Shown here piece after piece: positions 12,781 through 26,624 of a stretch of 64,000 nt of DNA. The stretch covers positions 10,664,001-10,728,000 of the forward strand of contig OX597835.1 of assembly GCA_951406725.2 (NCBI GenBank), read 5' to 3'. Position 1 is the stretch's first letter; the number at the start of each line of letters is the position of its first letter. Made by a program: the position numbers and the translations under genes. Under the pieces are notes generated by a model. It was not told the DNA's origin and searched no databases. It saw nothing but the letters and a program-made list of their open reading frames with translations. Origin of the DNA: Octopus vulgaris (taxonomy: Eukaryota).

Positions 12781-13802
12781 CTAATTGAATTAATCCCCTG
12801 TTAATGGATACATGTTATCGGGGTCAGTCTGACAACCAAGTAACTCAAGTATGGAGAAAGAAAGAGCTATGTGGTCACTTGATCTGCTAGAAATAGCAGC
12901 CAAATTCCCCTTAAGTCATACCCTGTTTTCTCATAAAAAGGAAAAGGATATTTTGGAAAGTCATAAGTGGAAGGCTTTTGATCATAGATTACTCAATCAA
13001 GTTTGACCGAGGGTTAAATGATGACTACATATGTACAGAAATGAAGCACTCTTCCATTTTCACAGCACCAGATAAAATGGTTTATAGATTTCCATATTCA
13101 AAGCACCAGAGTAGTTGGTTTTATTGTAAAATATATTTTATAGGTTTTTAGCTTGTAGGAGAAAAAAAAAAAAATAATAAAAGCAAGGAAAAACGAAACG
13201 AAACAAATCTGTCTTTGAGACACTCACATGCACATCTTTATATTACTCGGAATTAAATTAGGCTTTCATAACTTATGAGGTGTCACATAAGCAAAATCTT
13301 ATTGAAGCATTTATCAGCATTTACCTAGAATTGATTTAATAAACTGTACATAGTTTTCTTGTGCTAAAACTGGTCGTGTACCAAATTAAAACAAACCAGT
13401 TCTATTATAGGGTAGAGAAAAAATACTGTAGCAGAGAGAGAGGGAGAGAGAGAGAGAGAGAGAGAGAGGTTGGTTAAGGAACCAATTTAGATTTTGTCTG
13501 TTGGTGTTCATGAAGAAACAACATGCATCTTATACTGTATAGTTTTTATACTTGAAAATATATCTGGTGTGTTGTGTGAGTGATTACCAATCTTAGAGAC
13601 TGAACAGAAGAACTATTTTCTGGGACTTTCATTCAGTTTATTGTTCGCTTTTCCCTACTGGAATGGTTTAGACAAATAAAGTCTGTTGAGATGCTGTTTC
13701 TATAGCGGGATGCCCATCCTGTCACTAACCCTTACCTGTTTTCCAAGGATGGTAACTCAAATCTTTTGTGAACTATTTTAGAAAGTGCTGTGTTACTGAA
13801 TA

Positions 13803-14216
13803 ATTTTACTCTTTTACTCTTTTACTTGTTTCAGTCATTTGACTGCGGCCATGCTGGAGCACCGCCTTCAATCGAGCAACTCGACCCCGGGACTTATTCT
13901 TCTGTAACCCCAGTACTTATTCTATCAGTCTCTTTTGCCGAACCACTAAGTAACGGGGACATAAACACACCAGCATCGGTTGTCAAGCAATGCTAATGGG
14001 ACAAACACAGACACACAAACACACACATGCATACATATATATACATATATATGACGGGCTTCTTTTCAGTTTCCGTCTTCCAAATCCACTCACAAGGCTT
14101 TGGTCGGCCCGAGGCTATAGTAGAAGACACTTGCTCAAGGTGCCACGCAGTGGGACTGAACCCGGAACCATGTGGTTGGTAAACAAGCTACTTACCACAC
14201 AGCCACTCCTGCACCT
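13803..14216 (-). mobile_element. Full-length SINE family A
   Basis: Similar to 11297-11706. Confidence 0.9.
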
Positions 14217-14710
14217 AGAGACAACAAACAGTGCTGTCCAGAACTCTGTGACATTTCCTTTGATGATTGCTCCATCCAAGTGCAGAATGTAAACTTTGAC
14301 ACTGAGCCATCATCATTATTTAACGTCTGTTTTCCTTGCTGGCATGGGTCAAACAGTTTGACAGGAATTGGGAAACCAGAGAGCTGCACCAGGCTCCAGT
14401 CATCAGTTTTGGCAAGGTTTCTATGGCTGGATGCCCTTCCTAATGCCGACCTTTTTACAAAGTGTACTGGGTGCGTTTTACATGGCAAACATACAAACAC
14501 ATACATCAACGTTTCTAACGTCCACTCCTCTCATGCTCGTATCGGTCAGACAGAACCAAAGAGGTAGATTTTCTAGAGTGGTACGAATGGTTGAATTATG
14601 AGTCAAACATTTTCACTTGGTTCTTTGGAGTTTGACCCTGTTTGCTTCTGTATGTGCACCTCTTTAGGAGTGGTTCATGTGTGATTGGTGCATGCTTCTC
14701 TGCATTACAG

Positions 14711-14733
14711 GGAATATTCAAATATATACACAT
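14711..14733 (+). CDS. Putative 23-nt microexon (phase 2-1), (Q)EYSNIYT
   Basis: tgcatgcttctctgcattacag|GGAATA ... ACACAT|gtaaga. Strong splice sites; phases fit both neighbours (CA+G=Gln, T+CT=Ser). Confidence 0.65.
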
Positions 14734-14739
14734 GTAAGA

Positions 14740-14881
14740 TGTGTGTATGTATTTGTATAATATATGTGTGTGCATGTGTGTGTGTGTGTGTGTATAATAT
14801 ATATATATATATATTTGTGTGTGTTTAATACATATATATATTTGTGTGTGTGTGTCTAATATATATATTTATGTGTGTGTA

Positions 14882-14912
<31 letters not shown>

Positions 14913-14942
14913 GTGTGTGTGTAATATATATATTTGTGTGTA

Positions 14943-14973
<31 letters not shown>

Positions 14974-15159
14974 ATATATATATTTGTGTGTAATATATAT
15001 ATATGTGTGTGTGTGTGTAATATATGTGTGTGTGTGTGTAATATATGTGTGTGTGTGTGTAATATATGTGTGTGTGTGTGTAATATATATGTGTGTGTGT
15101 GTGTCTAATATATATATTTATGTGTGTATGTGTAATATATATATGTCTCTGTGTGCATG

Positions 15160-15205
<46 letters not shown>

Positions 15206-15358
15206 CTAATATGTGTGTGTCTAATATATATATTTATGCATGTGTGTGTAATATATATATGTCTGTGTGTCTGTGTGTAATACATATATGTCTGTGTGTG
15301 TGTGTGCATGCAGTATATATATATGTGTGTGCATGTGTGTAATATCTATGTGTGTGTA

Positions 15359-15390
<32 letters not shown>

Positions 15391-15450
15391 TAGTGTGTGT
15401 GTAATATGTGTGTGTGTTTTATATGTGCATGTGTGTGTGTGTGTGTGTGT
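14740..15450. repeat. Patterned (TA)n(TG)n-TAA minisatellite-like microsatellite array
   Basis: Repeated taatatatatgtgtgtgtg units. Confidence 0.9.
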
Positions 15451-15591
15451 GAAATTGCATCCAAAATTTGCATGTGAAAAGAAGGCAGTAGTATAAATTC
15501 TTCTTTTGGAAATTCTTCGGAAATATTGCTGACGTTGGATCACCTCTGAGAGCACACTGTCTCCGTTTCTATCTTCTCTTTGGATTACCAG

Positions 15592-15654
15592 CTTCTGGTT
15601 GGATAAATAACAACCTGGATACTGCTGCCATAAAATCACAGGAAAGGATTAATG
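15592..15654 (+). CDS. Putative coding exon (63 nt, phase 1-1), SSGWINNNLDTAAIKSQERING; resembles the ankyrin segment just before the ZU5 domain
   Basis: Strong pyrimidine tract tttctatcttctctttggattaccag|CTTCTG ... TTAATG|gtatat. Similar to recalled vertebrate ANK2 [20 protein letters not shown] (W..NLD..A...G). The expected next exon (FLVSFMVDARGG) was not found in the window. Confidence 0.6.
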
Positions 15655-16093
15655 GTATATTTACTGAGATCTAGGAAGATACGTAGGCACACACACACAC
15701 ACGCCCTCACATAGACACACACACACTCATGCATGCACACATACATAGATACATACACACATACATGCACATGTGCACACCAATATATATATATATATAT
15801 ATAAATGCACAGATGCACACACACACACGTTTATGTTGACATGCAGCAAGTGGAGAAGGCCTTGACAAAAAACAATACGTAGAAAAATACATATGAGTGA
15901 ATCAGGATCTGACACTTTTACTGCTAAACTTATTTATATGTGTGTGTGTGTGTGTGTATTCGCATGTATATATATATATGTGTATATGTATGTGTGTGTG
16001 TGTATATTCACATGTATATGTGTATATGTATGTGTGTATATATATGTGTGTGTGCATGTATATATGTGTGTATATATATTTGTATGTATGTAT

Positions 16094-16152
<59 letters not shown>

Positions 16153-16205
16153 AGAGAGAGAGAGAGAGAGAGAGCATGGAAAGTGTTAAACGATGACAAT
16201 GATGC

Positions 16206-16256
<51 letters not shown>

Positions 16257-16465
16257 GTCTGTGTGTGTGTGTGTGCATATATATATATATAGATAGATAC
16301 ACATGCACAACAAGACATGTATGTGTGTGTGTGTGTGCGTGCAGATAGTCCATTTATGTATGTGTTTATGCATTTGCACGTATCAGCATGTGATATGTAT
16401 GCAATACATGGTATGATATATATATCCTATATTTTCTATGTAGGTACAATGTGTGTATTTCTCTT

Positions 16466-16512
<47 letters not shown>

Positions 16513-17233
16513 CTACACACACCACACACACATTTTTATAGCTAGATAAAAATTAAAAAAAACTGCCTTTGTAGGTAAATCAGGAAAAGAAAAAAACGAC
16601 AACCTCACCAAAAAATGCAAACATCACCATTTCCAAAGAGAATTTTCAAGACATTCTCTCTTGTTGCTGCCAAATCATTAAAGGAAGTGGTATGCCATGA
16701 CAAAGACACACACCAGACTTCATCAAATCCCAACCCATTCTCTTTTGTCTTCTCATTTCTTCCGTTTCTTCTGTAGACTTACTTTTTGAAATCTCTAATT
16801 CTAAAACCAATCTACCTTGTAATTGATCCTTCTTTTCATTCCAACCCTTCTTTGCCTGATTGATCTTCACTTCTTTAACCAATTCCCAGTGCTCACAAAC
16901 ACACACCCATACACCCCCACACACACATGCTATAAATAAATAAATATATATATACATACATACATACATACATACCTGTGTGTATTTGCATTTACTTACA
17001 TGTATGTACATATTTATGCTTAAAAGCTCTAATATGTATCTGACTTTGTATGTGTGCGTGTGTTTATATATGCATATATATACTTAAATGTGTGTGTATG
17101 CATACATGCATGCATACATATATGTATATATACTAGAATAAATATATATGCATAAATATATGTATATGCACACTCACATATCTATATCTGTAGGTATTAC
17201 ATGCACGCATACATGTATATATGTATATATATG

Positions 17234-17351
<118 letters not shown>

Positions 17352-17659
17352 TATGTATACATACATACATATATATAAGTCAAATTTATGTTGGCTTTAC
17401 AACTCAAATGTTTTTGACTATTGGTCTTCCATTTGACCAATCATGTATTAATTTTTTGATTTGCAGGTTTTTTTGGCATTGTGTTGGGATATGAGCATTA
17501 CTCTCTGATTATTAATCGTCTATTTTTAGGAGGGGCTTTTACAGCATGGATCTATTATCAACTAGTATTTTTCTACCTAAGATTGCTTTGTGATGCATGG
17601 TATAGTGTGCTGTGATTGCTCTTTGTTGTGAATGCATGGTGAGCATATGAGAGTAGGTT

Positions 17660-18420
17660 GTACTAGTATGGCCAATATCTTGTTAAAGAAACATTTAACC
17701 CTGCTGCTGTAATTTACAATGAAGGTTTAAGCCATAGAAACTTCATTGATAGGATTGAATAACTTGCCTAGCGTGGATCATCAGAAGAAGTGAAGTTATA
17801 TGGTATAACCTTCCTCCTTTCCATTTGACGGCCAGACTTAATATTGCCGAATCCTACTGAATTTTGCCAGTTAGCTCTTTCTTTATCCCTACGAGTTTCA
17901 TAAAATCTTTAATCAATGTAATTTTAAAGAACATTTCAACAGTATGAACAATTTTGCTTCTTCTTTAGTCAGGATTAATTGGAAGATATTAGTTCCCTTC
18001 CTGACAGGATACCTTACCTCTGTACACTTGCTTTAACAGAAGTACGTATGCACTAAATAAAGTGTAGAAAATTGTGCTAAAGTTTCCACCAATAATGACA
18101 GTGACGAACACAAAATGCTACATATGTCTCACCAAGAATACTTTTAAATCTAGTTATATTCAACATGAGCTCAGTTTAGACATGAGAATAAAGAAACACA
18201 GTGATGCTATTGAAATACATATATAGTTTAAAAGATAATGGTATCTCAAACAACAAAATTAACTGATTAGTTATTGATATGCTCTTGCATACATTAATGA
18301 CCACAATTGCCCCCTTATGCATATCTGAAAAATTCAACAGTCTTTCATAGCCTTTTAACCTTTAAAATTCTAAATTAGAGTTGATTTCTCCTTGCCCTCA
18401 CCAGAAGAAATTTATCCTAC
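17660..18420 (+). pseudogene. Decayed Penelope-like element: RT thumb/linker and GIY-YIG endonuclease
   Basis: Interrupted translation FNPAAVIYNEGL..RRSEVIWYN-PPF..RLNIA..EFHKIFNQ..TKCYICLTKNTFKSSYIQHELS..NCPLCISEK..ISPCPHQKKF matches the known Penelope C-terminal motif order (IWFNPP, HKIFN, YIG-TE-FK-RY-H, C-LC-EK, C-H-K). Confidence 0.8.
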
Positions 18421-19101
18421 GTTTCTTCAAGTTATCCTCTTTTTGATATAGTTCATGTTTGTTAAAATAACCCTGAATCCAGTTACGCCTGCATTTTACT
18501 ACAAGGTGACTGTATCATTCTTCCACACTACATCAATCCTTCTAGGTATTTTCATCTCTTTGCTTTTGGGTTCTTACTTTAATCTTATCCACAGGCCTAT
18601 AAACATGCTCTTTAAAGGCTTCCTCTCCTGCATATACTGTAAACTTAACTCTACATAATTTTATATGCATATCTCCTGTTTTCTAACAGGATTTTTATAT
18701 GCTCTTATGCACTGTTTCTTTATTGCACTTTCATTATATACCCTATCATGCATTTTCTTTTATATACATCTCTGTTTTATCCCCCTTATTTTTACATAAC
18801 CACCTGAACTTCTATTCTCTATTATCATACTACATTAAAACACATTATTGCTTACACACAGGAATATATAAACCTTTGTTCAAAAGGCCAAAAAATGTAT
18901 TACAATGCTTGAAAAGTTGCTTGTCAGGGCTCTAAGCTCTGACATTGTGACTACTGATAAAAATTAAAAAACCCTGCTTTATTATATGATATATGTAATT
19001 TGCATAAACACCTTTATATGTATGTATTCCTGCATAAAGGGTCTTGTGTATGTAGGCTTCTTATGCTTCATAAGTGCCTGGATGCATTTTGTCTCCATGT
19101 G

Positions 19102-19142
<41 letters not shown>

Positions 19143-19552
19143 AGGTATAAGGAAAGGAAAAAAATTTATAGGTGTTAACGATCTTTAATTCAAATGCAAT
19201 TTGGTACAAAACCAATATATGTTCTACAAATTGTTTCAGTGTCTAATGACTTCCAAAGACAAAAACGAAAAAACCCTTCTTGAAATAAAAGTTAGATTCT
19301 TCGTCAGAAATTACGTGTTTTTGTATGAAAATTTACAACCAGCAAAAAAAAAAAAAGACCGTTTATAGCGCAAGAAGGAATGAAAAATATAAATAATATA
19401 TTATAGTTCTCAGAAAGTTGAAGGATTTTGATCCTCACCTCTTTATATGTGTGTGTGTGTGTAATTTTTATAAAAAATAAAATAAAAAAAACAGGGTTCT
19501 TTACATGTTCATGGGAGTTTAATCGAGTTTTTGTTCCATAATAGTCGTGTTG

Positions 19553-19766
19553 AAGGCACGTAGCTTAGTGGTTAGGACATTCGGCTCATGATCGTAAGGT
19601 TGTGAGTTCAATTCCCGGTGATGCATTATGTCCTTGAGCAAGACACTTTATTTCACGTTGCTCCAGTTCACTCAGCTGGCAAAAATGAGCTGTACCTGTA
19701 TTTCAAAGGGCCAGCCTTGTCACACTTTGTGTCATACTGAATCTCCCTGAGAACTACGTTAAGGGT

Positions 19767-19830
<64 letters not shown>

Positions 19831-20060
19831 GTTTGTCTGTGTTTTGTTTGTCCCTCCACCACTTCTTGAAAACCAGTGTTTGTGTGTTTATGTCCCCATA
19901 ACTTAGCGATTAGGCAAAAGAGACCAATAGAATAAGCACTGAGCTTTGATAAAAGAAAATAAGTGCTGGGATTGATTCAGAAGACTACAAATCTTCTATG
20001 TGTTGCCCCAGCATGGCCACAGTCTATTGACTGAAAGAAATAAAAGTTAAAAGATATAAA
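19553..20060 (+). mobile_element. tRNA-SINE head (family B variant) joined through a microsatellite to a family A 3' half
   Basis: aaggcacgtagcttagtggttagg...gagttcaattccc...tccttgagcaagacact, followed by a family A tail. Confidence 0.75.
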
Positions 20061-20061
20061 A

Positions 20062-20094
<33 letters not shown>

Positions 20095-20097
20095 TAT

Positions 20098-20130
<33 letters not shown>

Positions 20131-20158
20131 CATAAGCGCAGCTATATATGATTATATA

Positions 20159-20215
<57 letters not shown>

Positions 20216-20531
20216 TTGTGTGTGTGTGTGTGTATGTAAAAGTTGATTTTTTTAATGATCTGAATTGAAATCTTGGTAGTTCTGTGTTTTGTCATCCTTC
20301 CGGGACAGATAAAACAGATACCAGTAATATACTAGTTTAGCTTATTCAACCAATCCACCTGCTTTCTCTACTCTTTTCGCTAAACCTGTGCTGGGCTGGG
20401 GATCTCTCCCTTCTCCTCATCATCCTTATCAAAATCATCAATGTTGTTATTATTATTTTCGCTATCATCATTATTCGTTGTTATTCTTAGGGCAAATAAA
20501 GACATCATTATTATTCTCCCTCTCTTCCTCC

Positions 20532-20581
<50 letters not shown>

Positions 20582-21047
20582 GCATAATAGACATAAAGAA
20601 AAAAACCAAGCCCTGTTGAGGTATGGTCTAATTTTATGGTCTGTAGCTGAGAAAATTGGCATTCTTCAGCAAGCAATTGTATTCACATCAACTTGCCGAA
20701 CAATATATTTGCATAGAAATAAAAACGTAGGTGAAATAGAAGGGAAAAAAAAAGACAAAAACAATAACCTCTACTTTCTTTCATTGTTTTCCTTTTTATA
20801 TTATTTTTGCTTTGATGGAGAAATATATTAGGCTTGCTTTTAAATCTAATGATATCTATATATGTATATATATGTATATATATATATCCATCCTAATCTA
20901 AATGAATAGACTTTCATCTCTCTCCTCCATGTCTTTTAAGGATCTGATGAGCAATTGTGTGGTGGTTTTGAATGCTCAATCTATCAAAAACAATGTGCAT
21001 ATGTGTGTGTGTCTGTGTGTCCGTGTGTGTGTATACAGGGCCATATA

Positions 21048-21219
21048 TCATCATCATCACCATCATCATCAACATCGTTTAATGTCCGCTTTCCATGCTA
21101 GCATGGGTTGGACGATTTGGACTGAGGGCTGGCGAACCAGATGGCTGCACCAGGCTCCAATCTTGATCTGGCAGAGTTTCTACAGCTGGATGCCCTTCCT
21201 AACGCCAACCACTCCAAGA

Positions 21220-21263
<44 letters not shown>

Positions 21264-21830
21264 TGTTTTACTCTTTTACTTGTTTCAGTCATTTGACTGT
21301 GGCCATGCTGGGGCACCGCCTTTAGTCGAGCAAATCAACCCCGGGACTTATTCTTTGTAAGCCCAGTACTTATTCTATCAGTCTCTTTTGCCGAACCGCT
21401 AAGTAATGTATATTTTTTATTTATTTTATTTTATTTTATCTAGTTTCAGGTCACGAGCTGTGGCCATGCTGGGGCACAGGTGCAATAGTGGTCATATGGT
21501 AAGAAGCTTGCTTCCCAACCACATGGTTCTGTGTTCAGTCCCACTGTGTGGCACCTTGGGCAAGTGCCTTCTACTATAGCCTTGAGCCAGCCAAAGCCTT
21601 GTGAGCAGATTTGGTAGAAGGAAACTGAAAGAAACCCATTGCGTATATATATATATATATATATATATCACCGTGATCACTGTTATCAGATGTTGTTACA
21701 CATCGCTGGTGACAATGCGCTTTGCATTGTTTTAGCCTTCAAATGATACCACCTCGCTGGCTAAGCGAGCAGGCCAACAGAAGAAAGAGTGAGAGAAATT
21801 TGTGGGCGAAAGAGTACAGCAGGGATTAGA
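21048..21830. mobile_element. Cluster of SINE/retro-repeat fragments (families D and A in both orientations, plus other pieces)
   Basis: Similarity to copies elsewhere in the window. Confidence 0.75.
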
Positions 21831-21888
21831 TGTTAAATGATGATGATGATGGTATATACTTTCACACCCACACCCACACACACACACA

Positions 21889-21966
<78 letters not shown>

Positions 21967-23758
21967 TGCATAAATTCAAGCACACACGTACACAAAAGCT
22001 TATATATGTAAGCAGATATATGTACATATGTGTGTATCTAAATAAATACTCACACACACACACACGAGTGTGTGTGTGCACGTAACTGTACATGCATCAT
22101 ATCATCTTTATCACCATAATTGTTATCATTTCGCATCCACTTACCATGTTGGCATCAGTTGAACACTTCAAGACACTTTAGTTGGTTCTTATCCAAACTT
22201 CCTACCTTCATGTGAATGGTCTGCTGCCTAACCATTTACCTATATCTTACTTCGGAATAGCTTCTATAACTGTAAAACCCTCTCCAGCACTTACCATTAT
22301 ACAGAATGTACAGTTTATTGTGGCACCAACATATAAGAGGTTGTGATGTTCATGCATGTTTGTTTAATGTAAGCCTGATTGTCTCCCCCTTTTTATGATT
22401 CTACTTCATCACAACCAAACTTCACTGAATTTCAACTTAAATGGTAAATATTTCTTCTTTGAGGAATATTAATTTCTTATATCAGCACAAACCCAGGAAT
22501 GTGTTAAGAGGAGACCCAGGCGATTCATTGGGCACCATTTGATAACCCGTGTTAGTTTGTTTACATCCTGTGACTTAGCAGTTTCCAGAAAATATAGAAA
22601 GCAATAAAATCGGTATCAGACTGAGAAAGCAGGAATAAGATTTTGGGTTCGTTTGATTGACTAAATTCTGCAGAGTGATGCTTCAGCATGGTTAAAGTTT
22701 AACGAGCGGAATTTGTAAAAGTCAATAAGAATCACGAAAGATAAAATACCAAACAGTAAAGGCATGAAATTCTTTGCTGTTTCACGGTGCTGCCTTTAAC
22801 AAATGGTATTGAATTTCTTCCCAGAAAAGAAAAAAAGATAAAGATATCCCACAAAAAAAAAACCCCAAAAAATATTTCTGTCCTTTGTCAGAATTTTAGT
22901 GCATTTGAAAGAAGCCAATTTGTTTCCTGTAGATATTTTTATTGATCTTGAGAGATATAAAAGACAGAATTAATCAGGGAGGGATTTCCGAAATAGAACA
23001 CGGAGCGCCATATTGATGAGATTTGAGCATAAAACATTGAGAGATGAAATAAAACCACATCAAAGTCTTAAAATGCTGTCCTACCATCTTTACCAATCTG
23101 CGATTTTGGAGCACTGCCTGGAAATGGTCATGATTTTGATAGTGCCAATAAATTATTCTAACGACAAATGTCAAAATAATTAACACAACTGAACAGCAAA
23201 CATAATTTTCGGTGATGACTTGTTTAAATTGTTTCTATGGTTGTTCCGTTGTTATGTCGTTCATTAGCGACATCGTCGTTAACACGTTTTATAGCCATGC
23301 ATCATCTTACACGTGTGAAATATGAACGAGTTTATTGCAGCTAAACAGCAGAAACAAAACAAAACAAAACAACTAAATAAAAACATTAAAAAAAAACCGG
23401 TTAAAATAAAATTCTTCCTAAAAAACCTCTGAGAGAAACGTATAAAATTAACTCATTTATTTAAATTTTAATTTATTTTTCAAATACTTTTGTCTTATTT
23501 TAAAAGAATTTATTATTTCCCATAATTTGGTAGGTGGAGTAGAATAAGTTAAAGTATTATTTTTCCCTCTGTTATGTCAAAGTTAATTAACTAATAGAAA
23601 AATATTGTATTCTTCTCATTAACAGCTACTGATGTTCCAATATATTACATATATTTAAGTGTGTTTTATGGAGACCTTTAGTCACACACACACACATACT
23701 TATATGAATACACATTAGGAAGTGTGCTGTTCAGTCTGTCACCTTTATGCCAATACAC

Positions 23759-23799
<41 letters not shown>

Positions 23800-24563
23800 A
23801 ATATTTAAGTAAGTGAATGAATTATCCTAGTATTGATAATTCAGTTAACCGATACCTGGGTAGCAAATTCACGTCAGAAGACTCCATTCTTTTATTCATT
23901 TTATACATATATATATATCATCATCTTCATCATTGTTTAATGTCTGCTTTCGATGCTGGCATGGGCTAGACAGTTTCACTGAGGACTGGCTAGCCAGGAA
24001 GCTGCACCAAGCTCCAGTCTGATCTGGTAGTGTTTCTACAGCTGAATGCCCTTCCTAATGCCAACCACTCCGAGAGTGTAGTGGGTGCTCTTTACGTGTC
24101 AGTGGCAAATATATCAATATATGAATATACTAATATATGTATTTGTACATTCATATATGTAGGTGTGTGTGTGTGTATGCATGTGTGTGTGTGTGTTTGT
24201 GTATGTATTTATATGTACATTCATATATATATGTGTGTGTTTGTACGTATATATGTGTACATTCATATATATGTGTGTGAGTGTATGTATGTGTGTACTT
24301 ATATGTAAATGTGTGTATGTTTACATATGTGTGTATGTATATGTATACATATATGCCTGTGTGTATGTATGTATGTATATGTGTATGGGGTATATATATA
24401 TGTATGTATGTATACATATAAGTATTATTAGCATCTCTATAGCAATGCACATTGGTTTTAATGATAACCTACAGCGCTGGCTTCTGATCTCTGTGTTGGG
24501 CCCCCCATGAGCGAGGCACGTAATTATGCTTACTCCTGATTGTCTGATTCACATACACACACA

Positions 24564-24601
<38 letters not shown>

Positions 24602-25321
24602 CACGCACACACACCTCTATTTTATGGTTGATTGGTTCAACAACACGAAGGCAATCCAACTGTAAAAAGCCCAATTGCTTCAGAACATAAAACCAATATG
24701 AAGCTATGCAACAGCCACCTCACTCCCCCCCACCCCAACAAATATATCTAAAAAACAAAAAACAAACATAAAAACAAAAACAAAACACTAAACTAAACAA
24801 CAACAACATAAATAAATAAAAAAGAAAAAAAAAAAAACGGGAGAGAAATGTCTATTCAAGTGTTTAGCATTCCTGTTTTTGTTTTAGGGGTTTCAGTTAT
24901 TGAACTGTGGCCATGCTGCAGCTTGACTTTATTGATTAGATATTTGTAGTTGTAAAGGTGGTGCTCCAGCATGACCCCGGCATTTGGTTGAAACCAGGAA
25001 ATGATAAATGTAGGGCTAATTATTTATTGCTAATTGGGAATTATTTATTTTTGAGTTTTTTTTTTCTGCTGAAATAATCGAAGTGAACGTAGCAACATCA
25101 TTTTAGCTTTTTGTCTCTCACTTGTTTCACTCATTAGACTACGGCCATGCTGGAGCAGTACATAGAAGAAGTTTTAGTTGAAGGAATCAACCCCACTATG
25201 TTTTACTAAGCCTGGTACTTATTCTATTGGTCTCTTTTGCTGAACTGCTAGGTTATTTGGATGTAAATACAGCAACATCAGTTGTCAAGCAGTGGTGTAG
25301 GACAAACACACATACACACAC

Positions 25322-25565
25322 ACGTGATCTGATCGTTTCCAGCTGTGCTCAGTTCTTGCTAATTCCATGTGCAGTCACAGACATCATCAAGGTAATAGCC
25401 ATATCCATGTACCAAGTGTCCGTACGTTGGCACTTTGACGTGGAAATGGATAAGAAATGCTACGAATTTATTCCAAATATGAGACATGGCAACAACTTGG
25501 CTACACTCATCCTGGATGTATCTGTTCCAAATGACAGAATATTCAAGAATACCCAAGATATTCTA
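25322..25565 (+). mobile_element. Old RLE-type non-LTR fragment (zinc knuckle to endonuclease linker)
   Basis: DLIVSSC...DKKCYEFIP...NNLATLILDVSVPNDRIF..TQDI parallels the recalled R4/Dong-type pattern HIVSGC...DKWYEH.P...ENVKILWDF.IQTDR.I...PDI. Confidence 0.55.
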
Positions 25566-25733
25566 CCGATTCTAATAATGTCTAACATTGATACAAAGCC
25601 ACAAATTTTGTAGAAGTCTTTTGTTAGCTATGTTGATTCCACTACCTGGCTGGTACTTAAATTTATTGACCTTGAAAGGTTGAAAATCAAAGTTGACTGC
25701 TGTCGGATTTGAACTCAAAAGATAAAGATGATG

Positions 25734-25777
<44 letters not shown>

Positions 25778-25794
25778 TATAATAAGGATAATTT

Positions 25795-26028
25795 ATTTCT
25801 TTATTGCCCACAGTGGGATAAACATAAAGGAGACAAACAAGGACAGACAAAGGGATTAAGTCGATTACATCGACTCCAGTGCGTAACTGGTACTTATTTA
25901 ATCGACCCCGAAAGGATGAAAGGCAAAGTCGACCTCAGTGGAATTTGAACTCAGAATGTAACGGCAGACGAAATACCTCTAAGCATTTCGCCCAAATAGT
26001 AATAATAATAATGATGATGATAATAAGG

Positions 26029-26071
<43 letters not shown>

Positions 26072-26210
26072 TAATAATAATGCTTTCAAATTTTGGCACA
26101 AGGCCAGCAATTTCAGGGGAAAGGGATAAGTCAATTACATTGATCAGTGTTGCTGACCCTGGAAAGATGAAAGGCAAAATCGACCTTTGCAGAATTTGAA
26201 CTCAGAGCAT
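25795..26210 (-). mobile_element. Two SINE family C copies separated by (TAA)n
   Basis: Reverse complements of 43454-43686. Confidence 0.85.
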
Positions 26211-26211
26211 A

Positions 26212-26264
<53 letters not shown>

Positions 26265-26386
26265 TGAGAATAATATTTTCTTTACAAAACATAAAGGCAA
26301 GAATAAATACAAAAAAAAAAACCGAAACATTTTTAAATACACTAGTGCGGACAAAACTTTCAAGGAACGGAATGATGATGATGATA

Positions 26387-26444
<58 letters not shown>

Positions 26445-26593
26445 CTTCATACACAATATAAATAGAAGCATTAATACAAAAACTTCTAAACACACTGGGG
26501 AAGAAGAAAGTTTGAAGGAATGGAATAATAATAATAATAATAATAATGATAATAATAATAATAATAATAGTAATAATAATAATAATAATAATA

Positions 26594-26624
<31 letters not shown>

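Noticed and set aside
14740-17220. Many TGCATG (Rbfox) motifs
   Set aside because: Most arise from TG/CA microsatellite junctions, so enrichment cannot be claimed.
17467-17615. ttgcag|GTTTTTTTGGC as the next exon (GFFGIVLG...)
   Set aside because: It does not match the expected ZU5 start, ends in a stop and adjoins the Penelope relic; probably chance.
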